DNA from: Candidatus Latescibacterota bacterium
GTDB lineage: Bacteria; Latescibacterota; UBA2968; UBA8231
Reading direction: 5' to 3'
Assembly (NCBI GenBank): GCA_965203355.1
Contig: OZ241889.1
Coordinates: 832,001 to 896,000 of the forward strand
Length of the DNA stretch: 64,000 nt
In this document: piece by piece, positions 12,233-22,224 of the stretch
Position numbering within the stretch: the stretch's first letter is position 1
Layout: each line of letters begins with the position of its first letter
The notes under the pieces: generated by a model
The model's input: only the letters and a program-made list of their open reading frames with translations
Told to the model about the DNA's origin: nothing
The model's database searches: none
Program-made: the position numbers and the translations under genes

Positions 12233-13311
12233 GTGTATTGTACCTCAGCCGTGTAAAGCAGGTCCGGGCCTAGCCGCTGGGTGCGGCTGGACGCCAGGCG
12301 AATGGCCTCGGCTGTGCGCTCGACTCCCAAGTCGCCGATGGCAGCGACCCCCTCGCCCATCAGTCGCGGCGCGATGTAGATCAGGACTTGGTCGACGACG
12401 CGGTCGCCGAGTGCGCTCGCAGCTAGCTGACCGCCGCCTTCGATGATGACGCTGGTCATGCCCTCTTGCGCCATGCGAGCAAGAGGCAAGCGCAGGTCGA
12501 TGCGTCCGGCAGACGCCGGAAAAGTCCAAACCTCGGCCCCTTTGGCTGCATAGGCCCGGCGCTTGTCGGCGGTCGTCTCCTCTGCCGTGACGAGTACGGC
12601 ACCGGGCCGCTGATAGACGTGCGCTTCGGGCGCGGTGCGCAAACGCCCGTCTATGACGATGGGCCGCGGGTCGCGCCCGGGTACGTGGCGCACCGTCAGC
12701 CGGGGATCGTCGGCTTGCACGGTGCCTGCGCCCACGGCCACCGCGTCGACCCAAGAGCGCCAGCGATGGACGTGGCGGCGTGCTTGATCGCCGGTGATCC
12801 AACGTGCGTCGCCGCTGCGTGCCGCAATGCGGCCGTCGAGGGTCTGCGCCAGCTTGAGCAGGACCAAGGGCAGGTTTTGGGTGCGGTGTTTGATGTAGGC
12901 TGCATTGAGACGGCGTGCCTCTTCGGCGCAAAGCCCGAGATCAATGGCGACGCCCTGCTCGCGCAGTGCGGCAATCCCCCGCCCGGCCACGCGCTCATCG
13001 GGATCTTCCATCGCGCAGTAGAGCCGTTTAATGCCAGCGCGCAGCACCGCTTCGGTGCAGGGCGGGGTGCGGCCGTGGAAGGAGCACGGCTCCAGCGTGA
13101 CATAGAGATCGGCCCCCCGCGCCTCGTCGCCAGCCCGGCGCAGGGCGTGGACCTCGGCGTGCGGTCCGCCGACCTTGAGGTGCGTTCCTTCGCCGACGAT
13201 GCAGTCCCCGCGCACCACCACCGCGCCGACCATGGGATTGGGGCTTACTTTGCCGCGCCCTCGCTGCGCCAACCGCAAGGCGCGACGCATGTATTGCGCC
13301 GGCTGGTTCAC
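12214..13311 (-). CDS. ribD: Bifunctional pyrimidine deaminase/reductase RibD
   Basis: PNPMVGAV, HAE, TLEPC..GRTPPC, KLAQTLDG, DDPRLTVR, IEGG. Confidence 0.97.
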   Translation of the reverse strand: MNQPAQYMRRALRLAQRGRGKVSPNPMVGAVVVRGDCIVGEGTHLKVGGPHAEVHALRRAGDEARGADLYVTLEPCSFHGRTPPCTEAVLRAGIKRLYCAMEDPDERVAGRGIAALREQGVAIDLGLCAEEARRLNAAYIKHRTQNLPLVLLKLAQTLDGRIAARSGDARWITGDQARRHVHRWRSWVDAVAVGAGTVQADDPRLTVRHVPGRDPRPIVIDGRLRTAPEAHVYQRPGAVLVTAEETTADKRRAYAAKGAEVWTFPASAGRIDLRLPLARMAQEGMTSVIIEGGGQLAASALGDRVVDQVLIYIAPRLMGEGVAAIGDLGVERTAEAIRLASSRTQRLGPDLLYTAEVQYTCSPDS

Positions 13312-15335
13312 TCGACTTGGACGACGATTTGCCGGACGCCGATGTTGTCGAGGGCGTCGATGGCCCGCACGACAATGACGTGCTCTCCCGCCGCCAGCCC
13401 TTCAACGGCAAAGCGCGCCTTTTCGCTGCGGCTGTCGAAAACGCCGTCTAACGGCGCGATGGGATGCTGTCGCTCGTCGTAGTCAATGGTGTAATAGGCT
13501 TTTTGCACCGCTGAGATGCGGTCGCTAATCGCCACTTCGACGACGGCACCATCGGCGCTGATCTGCGCGTCGAGTACCACGGTTGGCGGGCTGTTGTCAA
13601 TGGCGAAGGGCGCACTTTCGCGCTCGTCGCGCAGGCGTTCGGTCGCTGAATTGTCCATGTGATCGGAGGCTACCAGCTTGAGCTGGGTCCGGCCTTCGGG
13701 CATGGATTCGGTATCCCAGAGAACCGAAGTTTGCGCGATGTTCTCTTCGACCAACTTCCACGCTCGTTGATCCTCGCCCTTGAGATAGAGGTCGTAAACC
13801 AACTCGTCCTCGTTGGGATCGTGGGCTTGCCAGCGCACTAGACGCAGGCTTTTCGTTTGGGGAGGCCGGTTGTTGCGCCGCCCCGGGCCAGCTTGAGGTG
13901 CGCCTTGGGACTGACCGCCGTTACCGGATTGCTGCGGTCGGAAGGGGAAGGTTTGCAGTTCGGTAATGCGGGGTTTGAGGTTGACTTGGACGCCGTGGAC
14001 TTCGATCGAACTGAGCCGGGGCGTGACTCCGTCGCGTTTGGCCTCCATCTCGACCCGATACTGGATAAAGCGAGCGGGGGGGCTGGCGATGGTTTGGCCG
14101 CTCTCGGTCAGCGGCTCAGACCACGCGCTCCAAGTTTTGTCTGGCTCTTCGCTGTTGCCGGTGCGCGTCTGCACGGTTGTGCGGGTATCTGGGGGTTGAC
14201 TACCGCGCCATTCGAGCACCCCCCACCGCGCGTGGATGGCAAAATCCTCGACCGCTGATTCAAAGTACCCCTTGCGGCCGCCCTGCTCGGGCAGGATGGC
14301 GACGGCGGCGTTTTGCGCTCCGCCCAAGTGCAGTGCGCCATCTGGCCCTAACAAGAGGCGGCTGGGGACGAGGCTCTCGAACTGCACGACCAACGACTGC
14401 CGACCATCGGTGCTGAGGCGCAAAAGCCGCGCTGGGTCGGAGGTGCTGAGCAGCAGGTGTTCGCCGGCTGCAACGAGATTGACGAGCTGGACTTCGGCAT
14501 CCGCCCAGATGGGATAGACCGCTCCCTCCGCTCCGACGCGGTACACGGCCGCTGGGGTCTGGGGGGAGTTTTCGCCTTTGCTCGGCGCGGGAATTGCACT
14601 GGCGAAGATCGCTCCGTTGGCACCGGCCACCAAGTTGTGGATTTCTTCTTGCTCGCTTTCAAAGAGCAGCCGCCCGCGGCCCTCGCCATCGATCTCGTAG
14701 ATGCGGCCCTTGCCGGACGTGCCAGCGTACAAGCGGTCGTTGTGGGCGAGCAGCGTTATAACGTGGCGATCTTCCGGCGCAAAGAAGACTTCGTGCGACC
14801 CATCTTTGGCGATTTTGAGTATTCGGCCGGGTTCGCCGGTGGCCGCGTAGAGTTGATCATCAACTAAGGCAAAGTCCCACACGTAATGGCTGCCGGTCTG
14901 GAGCAAGGTTTCCGCCGGTCCCTTGTCATTGAGCGCGTAGATTAGGCCGTCGGGGGCTGATCCTGCGTAGAGCCGCCCATCAGGGCCGGTGATCAGGGTG
15001 TGCAGGACGAGTTCGGGCGAATCGAACCGCAGCGTGGCTTGCCCCGCGTCATCGATGACAAAGAGCCGGCCCGAATCGCCGGTACCCACGTAGAGACCCC
15101 CCTTGGGGTTGGGTGCCATGGACCAGACCCGCTCGGCTTCTAATGAGGCTAGCTCGACGAGCGCGGGAGCTAACTCCAACGCGCCGTCTGCGGCAATAGA
15201 GATGCCTTCGCTCTCGCCTGCGGCAAAGTCGTCGTACGCGTACTGCTGCCAAGTCTTGGCGCGCCCCGCTTCGGTCGCGCTGGCTGCCGACAGTAACCAA
15301 AAAAACAAAAACAAAGCTCGGGTTGGACGCATCAT
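13308..15335 (-). CDS. Secreted beta-propeller repeat protein with C-terminal Ig/FnIII-like modules
   Basis: Signal peptide; repeated LY(V/A)(G/A)T/S..G.(L/I)Y blades; RTGN...PD..WS.WS and SPPARFIQY motifs. Confidence 0.8.
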   Translation of the reverse strand: MMRPTRALFLFFWLLSAASATEAGRAKTWQQYAYDDFAAGESEGISIAADGALELAPALVELASLEAERVWSMAPNPKGGLYVGTGDSGRLFVIDDAGQATLRFDSPELVLHTLITGPDGRLYAGSAPDGLIYALNDKGPAETLLQTGSHYVWDFALVDDQLYAATGEPGRILKIAKDGSHEVFFAPEDRHVITLLAHNDRLYAGTSGKGRIYEIDGEGRGRLLFESEQEEIHNLVAGANGAIFASAIPAPSKGENSPQTPAAVYRVGAEGAVYPIWADAEVQLVNLVAAGEHLLLSTSDPARLLRLSTDGRQSLVVQFESLVPSRLLLGPDGALHLGGAQNAAVAILPEQGGRKGYFESAVEDFAIHARWGVLEWRGSQPPDTRTTVQTRTGNSEEPDKTWSAWSEPLTESGQTIASPPARFIQYRVEMEAKRDGVTPRLSSIEVHGVQVNLKPRITELQTFPFRPQQSGNGGQSQGAPQAGPGRRNNRPPQTKSLRLVRWQAHDPNEDELVYDLYLKGEDQRAWKLVEENIAQTSVLWDTESMPEGRTQLKLVASDHMDNSATERLRDERESAPFAIDNSPPTVVLDAQISADGAVVEVAISDRISAVQKAYYTIDYDERQHPIAPLDGVFDSRSEKARFAVEGLAAGEHVIVVRAIDALDNIGVRQIVVQVE

Positions 15336-15340
15336 TTAGA

Positions 15341-17086
15341 TCAGGGCTTTCTCAAGGTCATGTCGAGGCTTTGCTCGCCGGAGATGACGTAGTCAGTGGT
15401 TATAGTGTGGCGGAGGACGACCTCGCCTTGGACCGGCCCGAGATGCCCGGCCGAACGGTCCGCATTCAGCACGGCCAATGCCGAGGGAGGCAGCCCGGGC
15501 AACTCGCGGCCGTTCACCGTAAAGCCCGGGTCCGCGCGAAACACTTCGACGACCAGTTCGTCGGCCGCACCCGTGCGCTCGAGCAATGCGAGCAAGTCGG
15601 CGGCATTGCGCGGCACAAACGCATCGGGCTGGCGCGCCGCTTCCCAACTCGTGCTGGCCACACCGCTGCCGACGCGCACGACGAAGGGGCCAGGTTCGAG
15701 ATGCGCGGGCAATTCCAGCGCTAGGTGCTCTATAACCGGCGCGGCGCGATAGGGTTGCAAGGTCGCTTGTAGCGCAACTCGCTGCCCAGCCTTGGGTTCG
15801 GGCGGCGACAGCCGCAGGCCTGCGATGCGGGCTTGGGCGAGGGTTTCGCTGATTTTTAGGTCAAAATGCAGCGAGTCTAAAGCCAGCCCGGCGAAGGAAT
15901 TGTTGAGCAACACACGAATCGGCTGCACGGCCTCTAGCGTCGCGCTGATCAGTGCGATTTCACTGCTGTATATTTGCTCGCGCTCAACCACGCGGCCATC
16001 GGCTAGGGCGATGTGGCTGCGCACCCGTAGCGTGGCGTTGCCAAAGAGCTTTTCCGTCGTTTCGAGCGCGTTGAACAAAACCGCGCGGACGAGGGCTGCG
16101 CTGAGTTCGGGGTGGCGCAGAACCTCGCAGCGGAAGGTGTTATCGCCAGCCGCCGACCGCAAGACGACCCGCACGGGCAGCATGTCCGGTGCTTCGCCCA
16201 GCGTCCCGGCAATCGCGGGCAAGCGGTCTTGGCGCACCGCCCCTATTGCGCCGGTTGGCGTCCCCAGTTTGAAGGAGGCGGTCTGAATGGGAATGACTTG
16301 GTGGATATAGGCACCGGTGGCGGGCAGGTTGGTGGCCCCCAGCAAAAACAGCGGATGGCCAAAGCCGACGAAACGCCCGTCTCCGACCCAAGTAAGGGTG
16401 CCGATTGCCGCCGCGCTGTAATCGCCGCGGATCAGTTGCACGGCCAGCGAGGCGCCAGGCGCGATGGGGACCTCTTGGGCGGCCAGCACTTGCCCTGCCG
16501 GGCGGTCCAAAAGCTGAATGCCCGGCAGGGTCAGCGCGTCCCGCAACACTTGCCGCCCCCGCGGACTGAAGCCAGCAACGGCTATGGGCAGCCCCAGCGG
16601 TGCTAAGGTGCTGACGCCCTCGCCACCGAGCAGGCCGGTGGCCTCTTCATCTAGCTCTAAGACTTTTCCGTACTGGCTTGGCGCGAGATGTTCGCGCGTG
16701 GCGACGTCGAGCATGTGGGCGATGGGGGTGATGCCGCCGATGGGCTCCTTGGAAAAGTACCAGCCATAGGCTATGGCGCCGATGAGCCGCCCGTCGATGT
16801 ACACCGGGCTGCCGCTCATGCCCCTTATGAGACCCGTGTGTGCCAATGGACCGCCAGACAGGCGCACGAGGATCATGTCCACGCGCGGCCCCAAGGCCCC
16901 TTTTAGCACCCCCAAAATTTCGACTTGAAAGGTATCGATCTCGGTGCCTTGGAAGGTCGTCAGTCCAAAGCCACTCATGCCTCGGCGCAACTCGCTTGGC
17001 TCCATGAAAGGTTGTGCGCGGAGCGCGGGAGCAGCCAAGAGCAACGACGCTAGTACAACTAGTAGTATGCGAAATGAGGTCTGCAC
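15341..17086 (-). CDS. Secreted SpoIVB-like peptidase S55 domain protein
   Basis: Signal peptide; GLIRGMSGSPVYIDGRLIGAIAY and FGHP motifs. Confidence 0.88.
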   Translation of the reverse strand: MQTSFRILLVVLASLLLAAPALRAQPFMEPSELRRGMSGFGLTTFQGTEIDTFQVEILGVLKGALGPRVDMILVRLSGGPLAHTGLIRGMSGSPVYIDGRLIGAIAYGWYFSKEPIGGITPIAHMLDVATREHLAPSQYGKVLELDEEATGLLGGEGVSTLAPLGLPIAVAGFSPRGRQVLRDALTLPGIQLLDRPAGQVLAAQEVPIAPGASLAVQLIRGDYSAAAIGTLTWVGDGRFVGFGHPLFLLGATNLPATGAYIHQVIPIQTASFKLGTPTGAIGAVRQDRLPAIAGTLGEAPDMLPVRVVLRSAAGDNTFRCEVLRHPELSAALVRAVLFNALETTEKLFGNATLRVRSHIALADGRVVEREQIYSSEIALISATLEAVQPIRVLLNNSFAGLALDSLHFDLKISETLAQARIAGLRLSPPEPKAGQRVALQATLQPYRAAPVIEHLALELPAHLEPGPFVVRVGSGVASTSWEAARQPDAFVPRNAADLLALLERTGAADELVVEVFRADPGFTVNGRELPGLPPSALAVLNADRSAGHLGPVQGEVVLRHTITTDYVISGEQSLDMTLRKP

Positions 17087-17127
17087 GACCTTTTGCTTGC
17101 CTTTCTCATAGAGAAAAGAATCAAAAA

Positions 17128-17156
17128 AAGCTATACTTGAGCTGGGGAAAAGTCAA
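17128..17156 (-). promoter_or_regulatory. Putative sigma-70 promoter of the S55-rib-nusB-secA run
   Basis: TTGACT-N17-TAGCTT on the minus strand. Confidence 0.55.
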
Positions 17157-17193
17157 GGTAAGCCGAGCGACTATAGACGTTGTAACATTTTGT

Positions 17194-17222
17194 TTGACAA
17201 TAAGTTGTCTCTTTTGGAGATT
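17194..17222 (+). promoter_or_regulatory. Putative sigma-70 promoter for the Gfo oxidoreductase
   Basis: TTGACA-N17-GAGATT (weak -10). Confidence 0.4.
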
Positions 17223-17279
17223 TGCGGGTACGCCCTTACTTTGCTTGCGTAATCACCTACGTGCCAATAGGAGAAAATC

Positions 17280-18284
17280 ATGCTGAATATCGGTTTTATC
17301 GGCTGTGGCGGCATTGCCCGTCATCACGCCAGATGCTTGTCCCAAATCCGGGGTGTGCGCATTGTCGCGGCCGCGGATGTCGTCGCCGATGCGGCCGCGG
17401 CTTTCGCCCGCGACTTTGGAGCTGAACACCACTTCGCGGACTTCCGAGCGCTGCTCGATTTGCCCGAAATCGACGCGGTGTGGGTCTGCACCCCGACCTT
17501 TCAGCACCCCGCGCCGGTCATCGCTGCAGCCAAAGCTGGCAAGCACGTGTTCTGCGAGAAGCCCATGGCGCTGAAGATGGCTGATGCGCGGCGCATGGCC
17601 AGTGCCTGTGCCCAAGCCGACGTGCGGCTGACCATTGGCTTTGTGCGCCGCTTTGACGCGCAGTGGGGCAAGCTGAAGGAGATCGTCCAATCCGGTGCCC
17701 TTGGCTCGCCGGTCATCTGGCGCTTTGCTGCGGGAGGCCGCCCGGCCCGCCCGTGGTTCCGCGACGAGAACAAAGGCGGTGGCCCGCTGATGGACGGTGC
17801 CGTACACAACTACGATTTCGCCTTGCAGATTTTCGGCCCCGCCGCTTCGGCGCAAGCCTCTTCCCGGCAATTTGATCCCACCAGCGTCGGCGCTGACACC
17901 GCCAGCGTCATCATCAACTTTGCCAGCGGCGACCAGCACTCCTTGATCTGGTCGTGGGGCGTGGCCGCTGGCGCGTCCGTGGCGAGCCTCAACGACGTGA
18001 TTGGCCCGGCTGGCACGCTGCAATTCGGCATGACCGCGCAAAAGGCCCCGGCGCGTTTCAACCCGCAAAGAAGCGGTGCCTTTACGCTCAAGACGGGCAA
18101 AGGCCGCGAACAGGTGTACTCCTATCCGCTCAAGGACATGTTCGCCGAACAGGCCAAACACGTGGTCAAGTGCTTTGCCAACGGCGACCAGCCTTTAGTG
18201 ACTGGGGAAGATGGGATCGCCGCCTTGGAGGTTGCGACGGCTGTGTTGAGAGCTGGGAAGGGGCAGCGGACGGTGAAGATCTGA
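17280..18284 (+). CDS. Gfo/Idh/MocA family oxidoreductase
   Basis: IGCGGIA, GKHVFCEKP, GFVRRF, GGGPLMD..VH. Confidence 0.93.
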   Translation: MLNIGFIGCGGIARHHARCLSQIRGVRIVAAADVVADAAAAFARDFGAEHHFADFRALLDLPEIDAVWVCTPTFQHPAPVIAAAKAGKHVFCEKPMALKMADARRMASACAQADVRLTIGFVRRFDAQWGKLKEIVQSGALGSPVIWRFAAGGRPARPWFRDENKGGGPLMDGAVHNYDFALQIFGPAASAQASSRQFDPTSVGADTASVIINFASGDQHSLIWSWGVAAGASVASLNDVIGPAGTLQFGMTAQKAPARFNPQRSGAFTLKTGKGREQVYSYPLKDMFAEQAKHVVKCFANGDQPLVTGEDGIAALEVATAVLRAGKGQRTVKI

Positions 18285-18318
18285 GGCGAGGATTTCTGCG
18301 CCACCCGGCAAAGGAGGA

Positions 18319-18657
18319 TTATGGCTTTGCCGGAGAGGTTTCTTTGTCCAAGGTTGCAATACTAGTCAGGGTGATGGGCGGACGGTCGGGAAATTCTACA
18401 ACCAAGCTCAACTTTCCACCCATCGCTTCGACGTAGCCGCTGAGCGTGGATAGCATCAGATCGCTACGCTTTTCGATGCGGGATACATTTTCTTGATTAA
18501 TTCCAAGTTGCTGGGCTATACGCGCCTGCGTCTGTTTTCGGGCCTTGCGCAAGTCCTGTAGTGACATCTCTTCGGCGATCAGTGCCTTGGCCCGTTCCTC
18601 CACCTTCTGCCGACGTACCTCAGGCAGCTTATTCATTCTCTCTGCGAGTGGTGTCAT
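18319..18657 (-). CDS. XRE-family HTH antitoxin (HigA-like), orphaned
   Basis: LQDLRKARKQTQ..IA..LGI.QE.VSRIEKRSDL.LSTL..YVEAMGG.L pattern; AGGAGG RBS. Confidence 0.88.
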   Translation of the reverse strand: MTPLAERMNKLPEVRRQKVEERAKALIAEEMSLQDLRKARKQTQARIAQQLGINQENVSRIEKRSDLMLSTLSGYVEAMGGKLSLVVEFPDRPPITLTSIATLDKETSPAKP

Positions 18658-19160
18658 CTTGACCTCCTATCCTTTTTCAGCCGATCCAGATGTGTATCGA
18701 ACCGTTCGCCTGCCTCGAACACCATTGGACGCAATTCTTCGTTTTCGGCGGCTTCTATCAGATGGAAGAGTTCGTAGGCTCCGCCTAGACGTACAGAGTC
18801 CGATTCATGCCCCAAGTGTTCAATGGCATTTTTCAGACGATCCTGCCGCTGGCCCTGCTCGGTTTTCAGTACAGCGTCGGCCTGCGCTTGCGCGGTATCC
18901 TCCATCGCCTTAGCGCGTTTGTAAGACATCAGGGCTTGCAGGGCGACTAATACGCCACCCATGCCTATGCCCAGAAATTTCAGAGCCTCGTATTTTGGTT
19001 CCCCGCTCTTAGCTATTCCTAAAAGGTTGAAAATCCAATTGGGATTTTCACAGTACATGACGACTACAAAAATTCCCACCAAGGAGAGGAGCAGGACGAT
19101 AAGAGTGATTTGAAAGATCGAAAAAATATTATTCCAGATCTTTCGGACTAAGTGGCTCAA
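18654..19160 (-). pseudogene. Chimeric ORF: membrane-anchored N-terminus typical of pentapeptide-repeat proteins fused to the last ~19 codons of a RelE/HigB-type toxin
   Basis: EQGQRQDRLKNAIEHLG.....RLGGAYEL followed abruptly by AGERFDTHLDRLKK, whose stop overlaps the antitoxin start (ATGA). Confidence 0.65.
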
Positions 19161-19196
19161 TTTAAAAAAGAGATTCCTCTTCCCACAGTAGTCGTG

Positions 19197-19520
19197 TTAC
19201 GATGCTCCGATGTGGACGACCTGCCCGCGTTGCAAGTTCTGCAAGGCTTCCAGTACTCGGGGAACTAGAGGCTCTAGGTAATCTATGCGATTTCTTCTTG
19301 CGATGAGTACGATGATTGGAATATCCCGTTCAGTTATATTCTGTTGATATTCCAGATTCCGGTCGAGCGTGATGAAGGCGTCGAATTCGTCTCGGACCAG
19401 TGCCAAGAGTTCGCCATTACTCTTGCTGCTCCAGCCCATGTGTCTTACTGTCGAAACATCATGATCGACGAACAGACTTCTTAGTTGCATTGGCACGGAT
19501 TCATCGAGCAGTAGTCTCAT
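19197..19520 (-). CDS. DUF5615 / PIN-like toxin (VapC45-like)
   Basis: MRLLLDESVP, HDV.TV, GW....NGELL, FITLDRNL.YQQN. Confidence 0.88.
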   Translation of the reverse strand: MRLLLDESVPMQLRSLFVDHDVSTVRHMGWSSKSNGELLALVRDEFDAFITLDRNLEYQQNITERDIPIIVLIARRNRIDYLEPLVPRVLEALQNLQRGQVVHIGAS

Positions 19521-19761
19521 AAGCAATACTCTCCAAGGCTTCCCTCGCCATATCAATCGTCCTTATTGCCTGTTCACTGCTTACACTCGGGAAGTCGTCC
19601 AGAAATTCGTCCAGACTGTGCCCTCCCGCCAGATAATCAAATAGGTTCTTTATTGGTACGCGGGTCCCCACGAAAATGGGTGTGCCACTCACAAAGCCCT
19701 CTTTACTGTGAAACACGCCGTTCTCGGTTGTGAGTGCTGCGTTTTCAGTTATCTGTGCCAT
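19501..19761 (-). CDS. DUF433 antitoxin
   Basis: GTPIF.GTRVPI..LFDYL..G.SLDEFLDDFPSV; GGAGG RBS; overlaps the toxin start. Confidence 0.9.
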   Translation of the reverse strand: MAQITENAALTTENGVFHSKEGFVSGTPIFVGTRVPIKNLFDYLAGGHSLDEFLDDFPSVSSEQAIRTIDMAREALESIAYETTAR

Positions 19762-19795
19762 AGTGTTCCTCCGGTTGGTGTGCCTTCTCGCCAGC

Positions 19796-20920
19796 CTACC
19801 AGTCCACGACCGCTCCGTCGTCGGGATCAAAGCGAACGCGATAGGGACTCGGTTCGCCGACTTGGTCCATGAGCTTGTCTTCGTCGATGGTGATGCCGAG
19901 GCCGGGATCCGTGGGTAGGGGGCGGTGGCCGTTGGCGACGGACGGCAAGGGTTTGGCGAGCAGGTCCGCGTATTCGTTGTCGCCGCGCTCTTGGATGAGA
20001 AAGTTGGGAATGGAAGCGGCGACCTGCAGACTCGCGGCGAGCGAACAGGGCCCTTGGGGATTGTGCGGGGCCAGCGGCGAGTAGTAGGCCTCGGCCATGC
20101 CGGCGATGATCTTCAATTCGGTGATGCCGCCGGCATAGCAAATGTCCGGCTGGAGGATGTGGGCGGCGCGCTTTTCGAGAATCTCCTTGAACCCCCACTT
20201 GGTAAAAATGCGCTCGCCAGTGGCAATGGGGATGTGAGTCTTTTCGGCGAGTTCGGCCATGACATCGACGTTGAGGGCCTGCGCGATTTCCTCGTAGAAC
20301 CACGGATGATACGGTTCGAGCGCTTTGATGAGCAGCATGGCGGTGGGAGGTTGCACGGCACCGTGAAAGTCAATGGCAATATCGACGCCCGGGCCGTGTT
20401 GTGCGCGAAGTGCCTTGAAACGCTCGACGACCTCATCGACGAATCTCTGCCCTTCAATGTATTTGAAGGGTGCCCGCGACGTGCCCGGCCCCACCTTCAT
20501 GGCGTTGACGCCGGTTTCCTCGCTCACTTTGCCGTAAACCCGAATCCGCTCGCGCGTGGGGCCGCCGAGCAGTTTGTACACGGGTACGCCATAGCACTTG
20601 CCGGTGATGTCCCAAAGGGCCATGTCAATGCCGGAGGAAATCGCTGTTTTGATTGGGCCGCCGCGATAGAAGGCGCCGCGATGAATGGCCTGCCAGTGGT
20701 GAGTGACCGGACGGGGATCCTTGCCCACCAGATAGTCGGCGACTTCGAGTGCGCCGGCGGCACAGGCCCGGGCGTCGTCCTTGAGCATCTCGCCCCAACC
20801 GGTGATGCCCGCGTCCGTCGAGATCTTGACGAAGACCCAGGAGTTTTTGAGAACAAACGCTTCGATCTTGGTGACTTTAATCGCATCATTGGGCCCGATG
20901 GGGGCTTCAGGGACCGGCAT
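19796..20920 (-). CDS. Galactonate dehydratase-like enolase-superfamily (MR/MLE) enzyme
   Basis: ITGWGE, SGIDMALWDI.GK, IDFHG, EE, IATGER, QPD, APHNPQGP; start MPVPEAP after AAGGA RBS. Confidence 0.88.
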   Translation of the reverse strand: MPVPEAPIGPNDAIKVTKIEAFVLKNSWVFVKISTDAGITGWGEMLKDDARACAAGALEVADYLVGKDPRPVTHHWQAIHRGAFYRGGPIKTAISSGIDMALWDITGKCYGVPVYKLLGGPTRERIRVYGKVSEETGVNAMKVGPGTSRAPFKYIEGQRFVDEVVERFKALRAQHGPGVDIAIDFHGAVQPPTAMLLIKALEPYHPWFYEEIAQALNVDVMAELAEKTHIPIATGERIFTKWGFKEILEKRAAHILQPDICYAGGITELKIIAGMAEAYYSPLAPHNPQGPCSLAASLQVAASIPNFLIQERGDNEYADLLAKPLPSVANGHRPLPTDPGLGITIDEDKLMDQVGEPSPYRVRFDPDDGAVVDW

Positions 20921-20982
20921 GGCGGCATTCCTTATGGTTGCGGGGTAATCGCTTACTTTGTGGACTTTGGGAAAACATCGAT

Positions 20983-21780
20983 CTACTGCTTGCGCCGAGC
21001 ACCTTGGCGACCAACCCGATAGGTACTCGCCGTATAGGTCAACGTCTGCCCCGGCAGCATTTCTACTACTTTCGTGTTCGGCGAGAGGAATTGTACCGCT
21101 TCGCTCAACGCGCCGATGTCGGCTGGCTGATTCACAATCGGCCCGTAGTGGCAGGGAATGACGATATCGGGGCGGATCAGACTTGCCGCCCGCGCGGCCT
21201 CGCGGATCCCCATGGTGTACTGTCCGCCCACTGGCATAATCGCGATCTGCGGTCCGTACATCTGGCCGATGAGCTGCATATCGCTGAACAGACAGGTGTC
21301 GCCCGTGTCGTATATGGAGATGCCATTTTTGTACGCCACGACGAAGCCATTGACCGCGCTGTCGGGATGGAAGAGCAATCCCGCCGGCAACTCGCCGCCG
21401 ATGACGTGCGACGATAGTGACTGCGAGTGGTGGCCCTGCACCATGGTGATCGCGGCGTCTTTGACCTTGACGGTGCCGCCGGGATTCATCGACAGCGCCC
21501 GCGAGCCCATCTTGAGCCCATGCACGGCCTCGGCGACCGAGCACAGCTCGTAGTTGCCGATGAACTTGGCCTTGGTGCGCTTGCAGATCGCATACGAGTC
21601 GCCGATGTGGTCGCTGTGGCCGTGGGTGGCGATGACGATGTCGGCTTCTTTGACTTGGCTGAGCTTCATCTTGGCGGTGGGATTGTTGTCGAGCCAAGGG
21701 TCGAAGTAAGTGACGGAGCCTTTGTCGGACTCAAAGCGGAAAGAAGCGTGGCCGATAAAGGTGATTTGCACAGATGCCAT
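20983..21780 (-). CDS. Metallo-beta-lactamase-fold metal-dependent hydrolase (UPF0173-like)
   Basis: GHASF, DPW, THGHSDH, GDT, IPCHY. Confidence 0.9.
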   Translation of the reverse strand: MASVQITFIGHASFRFESDKGSVTYFDPWLDNNPTAKMKLSQVKEADIVIATHGHSDHIGDSYAICKRTKAKFIGNYELCSVAEAVHGLKMGSRALSMNPGGTVKVKDAAITMVQGHHSQSLSSHVIGGELPAGLLFHPDSAVNGFVVAYKNGISIYDTGDTCLFSDMQLIGQMYGPQIAIMPVGGQYTMGIREAARAASLIRPDIVIPCHYGPIVNQPADIGALSEAVQFLSPNTKVVEMLPGQTLTYTASTYRVGRQGARRKQ

Positions 21781-21852
21781 AAGGATGGTCCTTTCTGTTA
21801 GCGTTGGCTTAGATCGCCGCCGAGGTACTGCAAATAGAGATTTTTCAGATGC

Positions 21853-22224
21853 TCATTTTTCGCGGTGAAAAAGTTGCAGGTTCAGTTGGTTCGGCCCCTC
21901 GAAAAAAGCGAGCCGAATGCCGGTTCCTCCGCCCACATCAAAAGGCTCTTTGGCGATGGCGATCCCCTTGTCGTGCAACGCCTGTGCGCTGTCATCGACG
22001 CTATCGACCTCAAAGGAGATGTGGTGGAAACCAGGGGCCTGCCCCATAGTCTTTTGCGGCATGAGTTCCAATAGGATACCGCCGGCGTCGAGGAAGACAT
22101 AATCCTCGTCGTCGTCGTTGTGAAAGCGCTCTACCACGGTCAGCCCTAGTTTCTGCGTGTAGAACGCTACGGCTCCTTCGATGTCGTCGGTTACAACCGC
22201 GATTTTGTGGATTTTGTGTACCAT
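21853..22224 (-). CDS. VOC/glyoxalase family protein
   Basis: AVAFY...LGL, LEL, HHISFEV, AFFEGP. Confidence 0.88.
   Translation of the reverse strand: MVHKIHKIAVVTDDIEGAVAFYTQKLGLTVVERFHNDDDEDYVFLDAGGILLELMPQKTMGQAPGFHHISFEVDSVDDSAQALHDKGIAIAKEPFDVGGGTGIRLAFFEGPNQLNLQLFHREK

Noticed and set aside
17087-17280. FMN riboswitch for the rib operon
   Set aside because: No RFN consensus is visible here; ribD overlaps the upstream CDS, leaving no leader.
20921-21697. Apparent 633-aa dehydratase with a long N-terminal extension
   Set aside because: The extension is an off-frame read of the upstream hydrolase; an RBS supports a start at 20920. Similar over-extensions were trimmed for rhaB, RraA, PhyH, ISP, hydantoinase B, SDR and Rpn.
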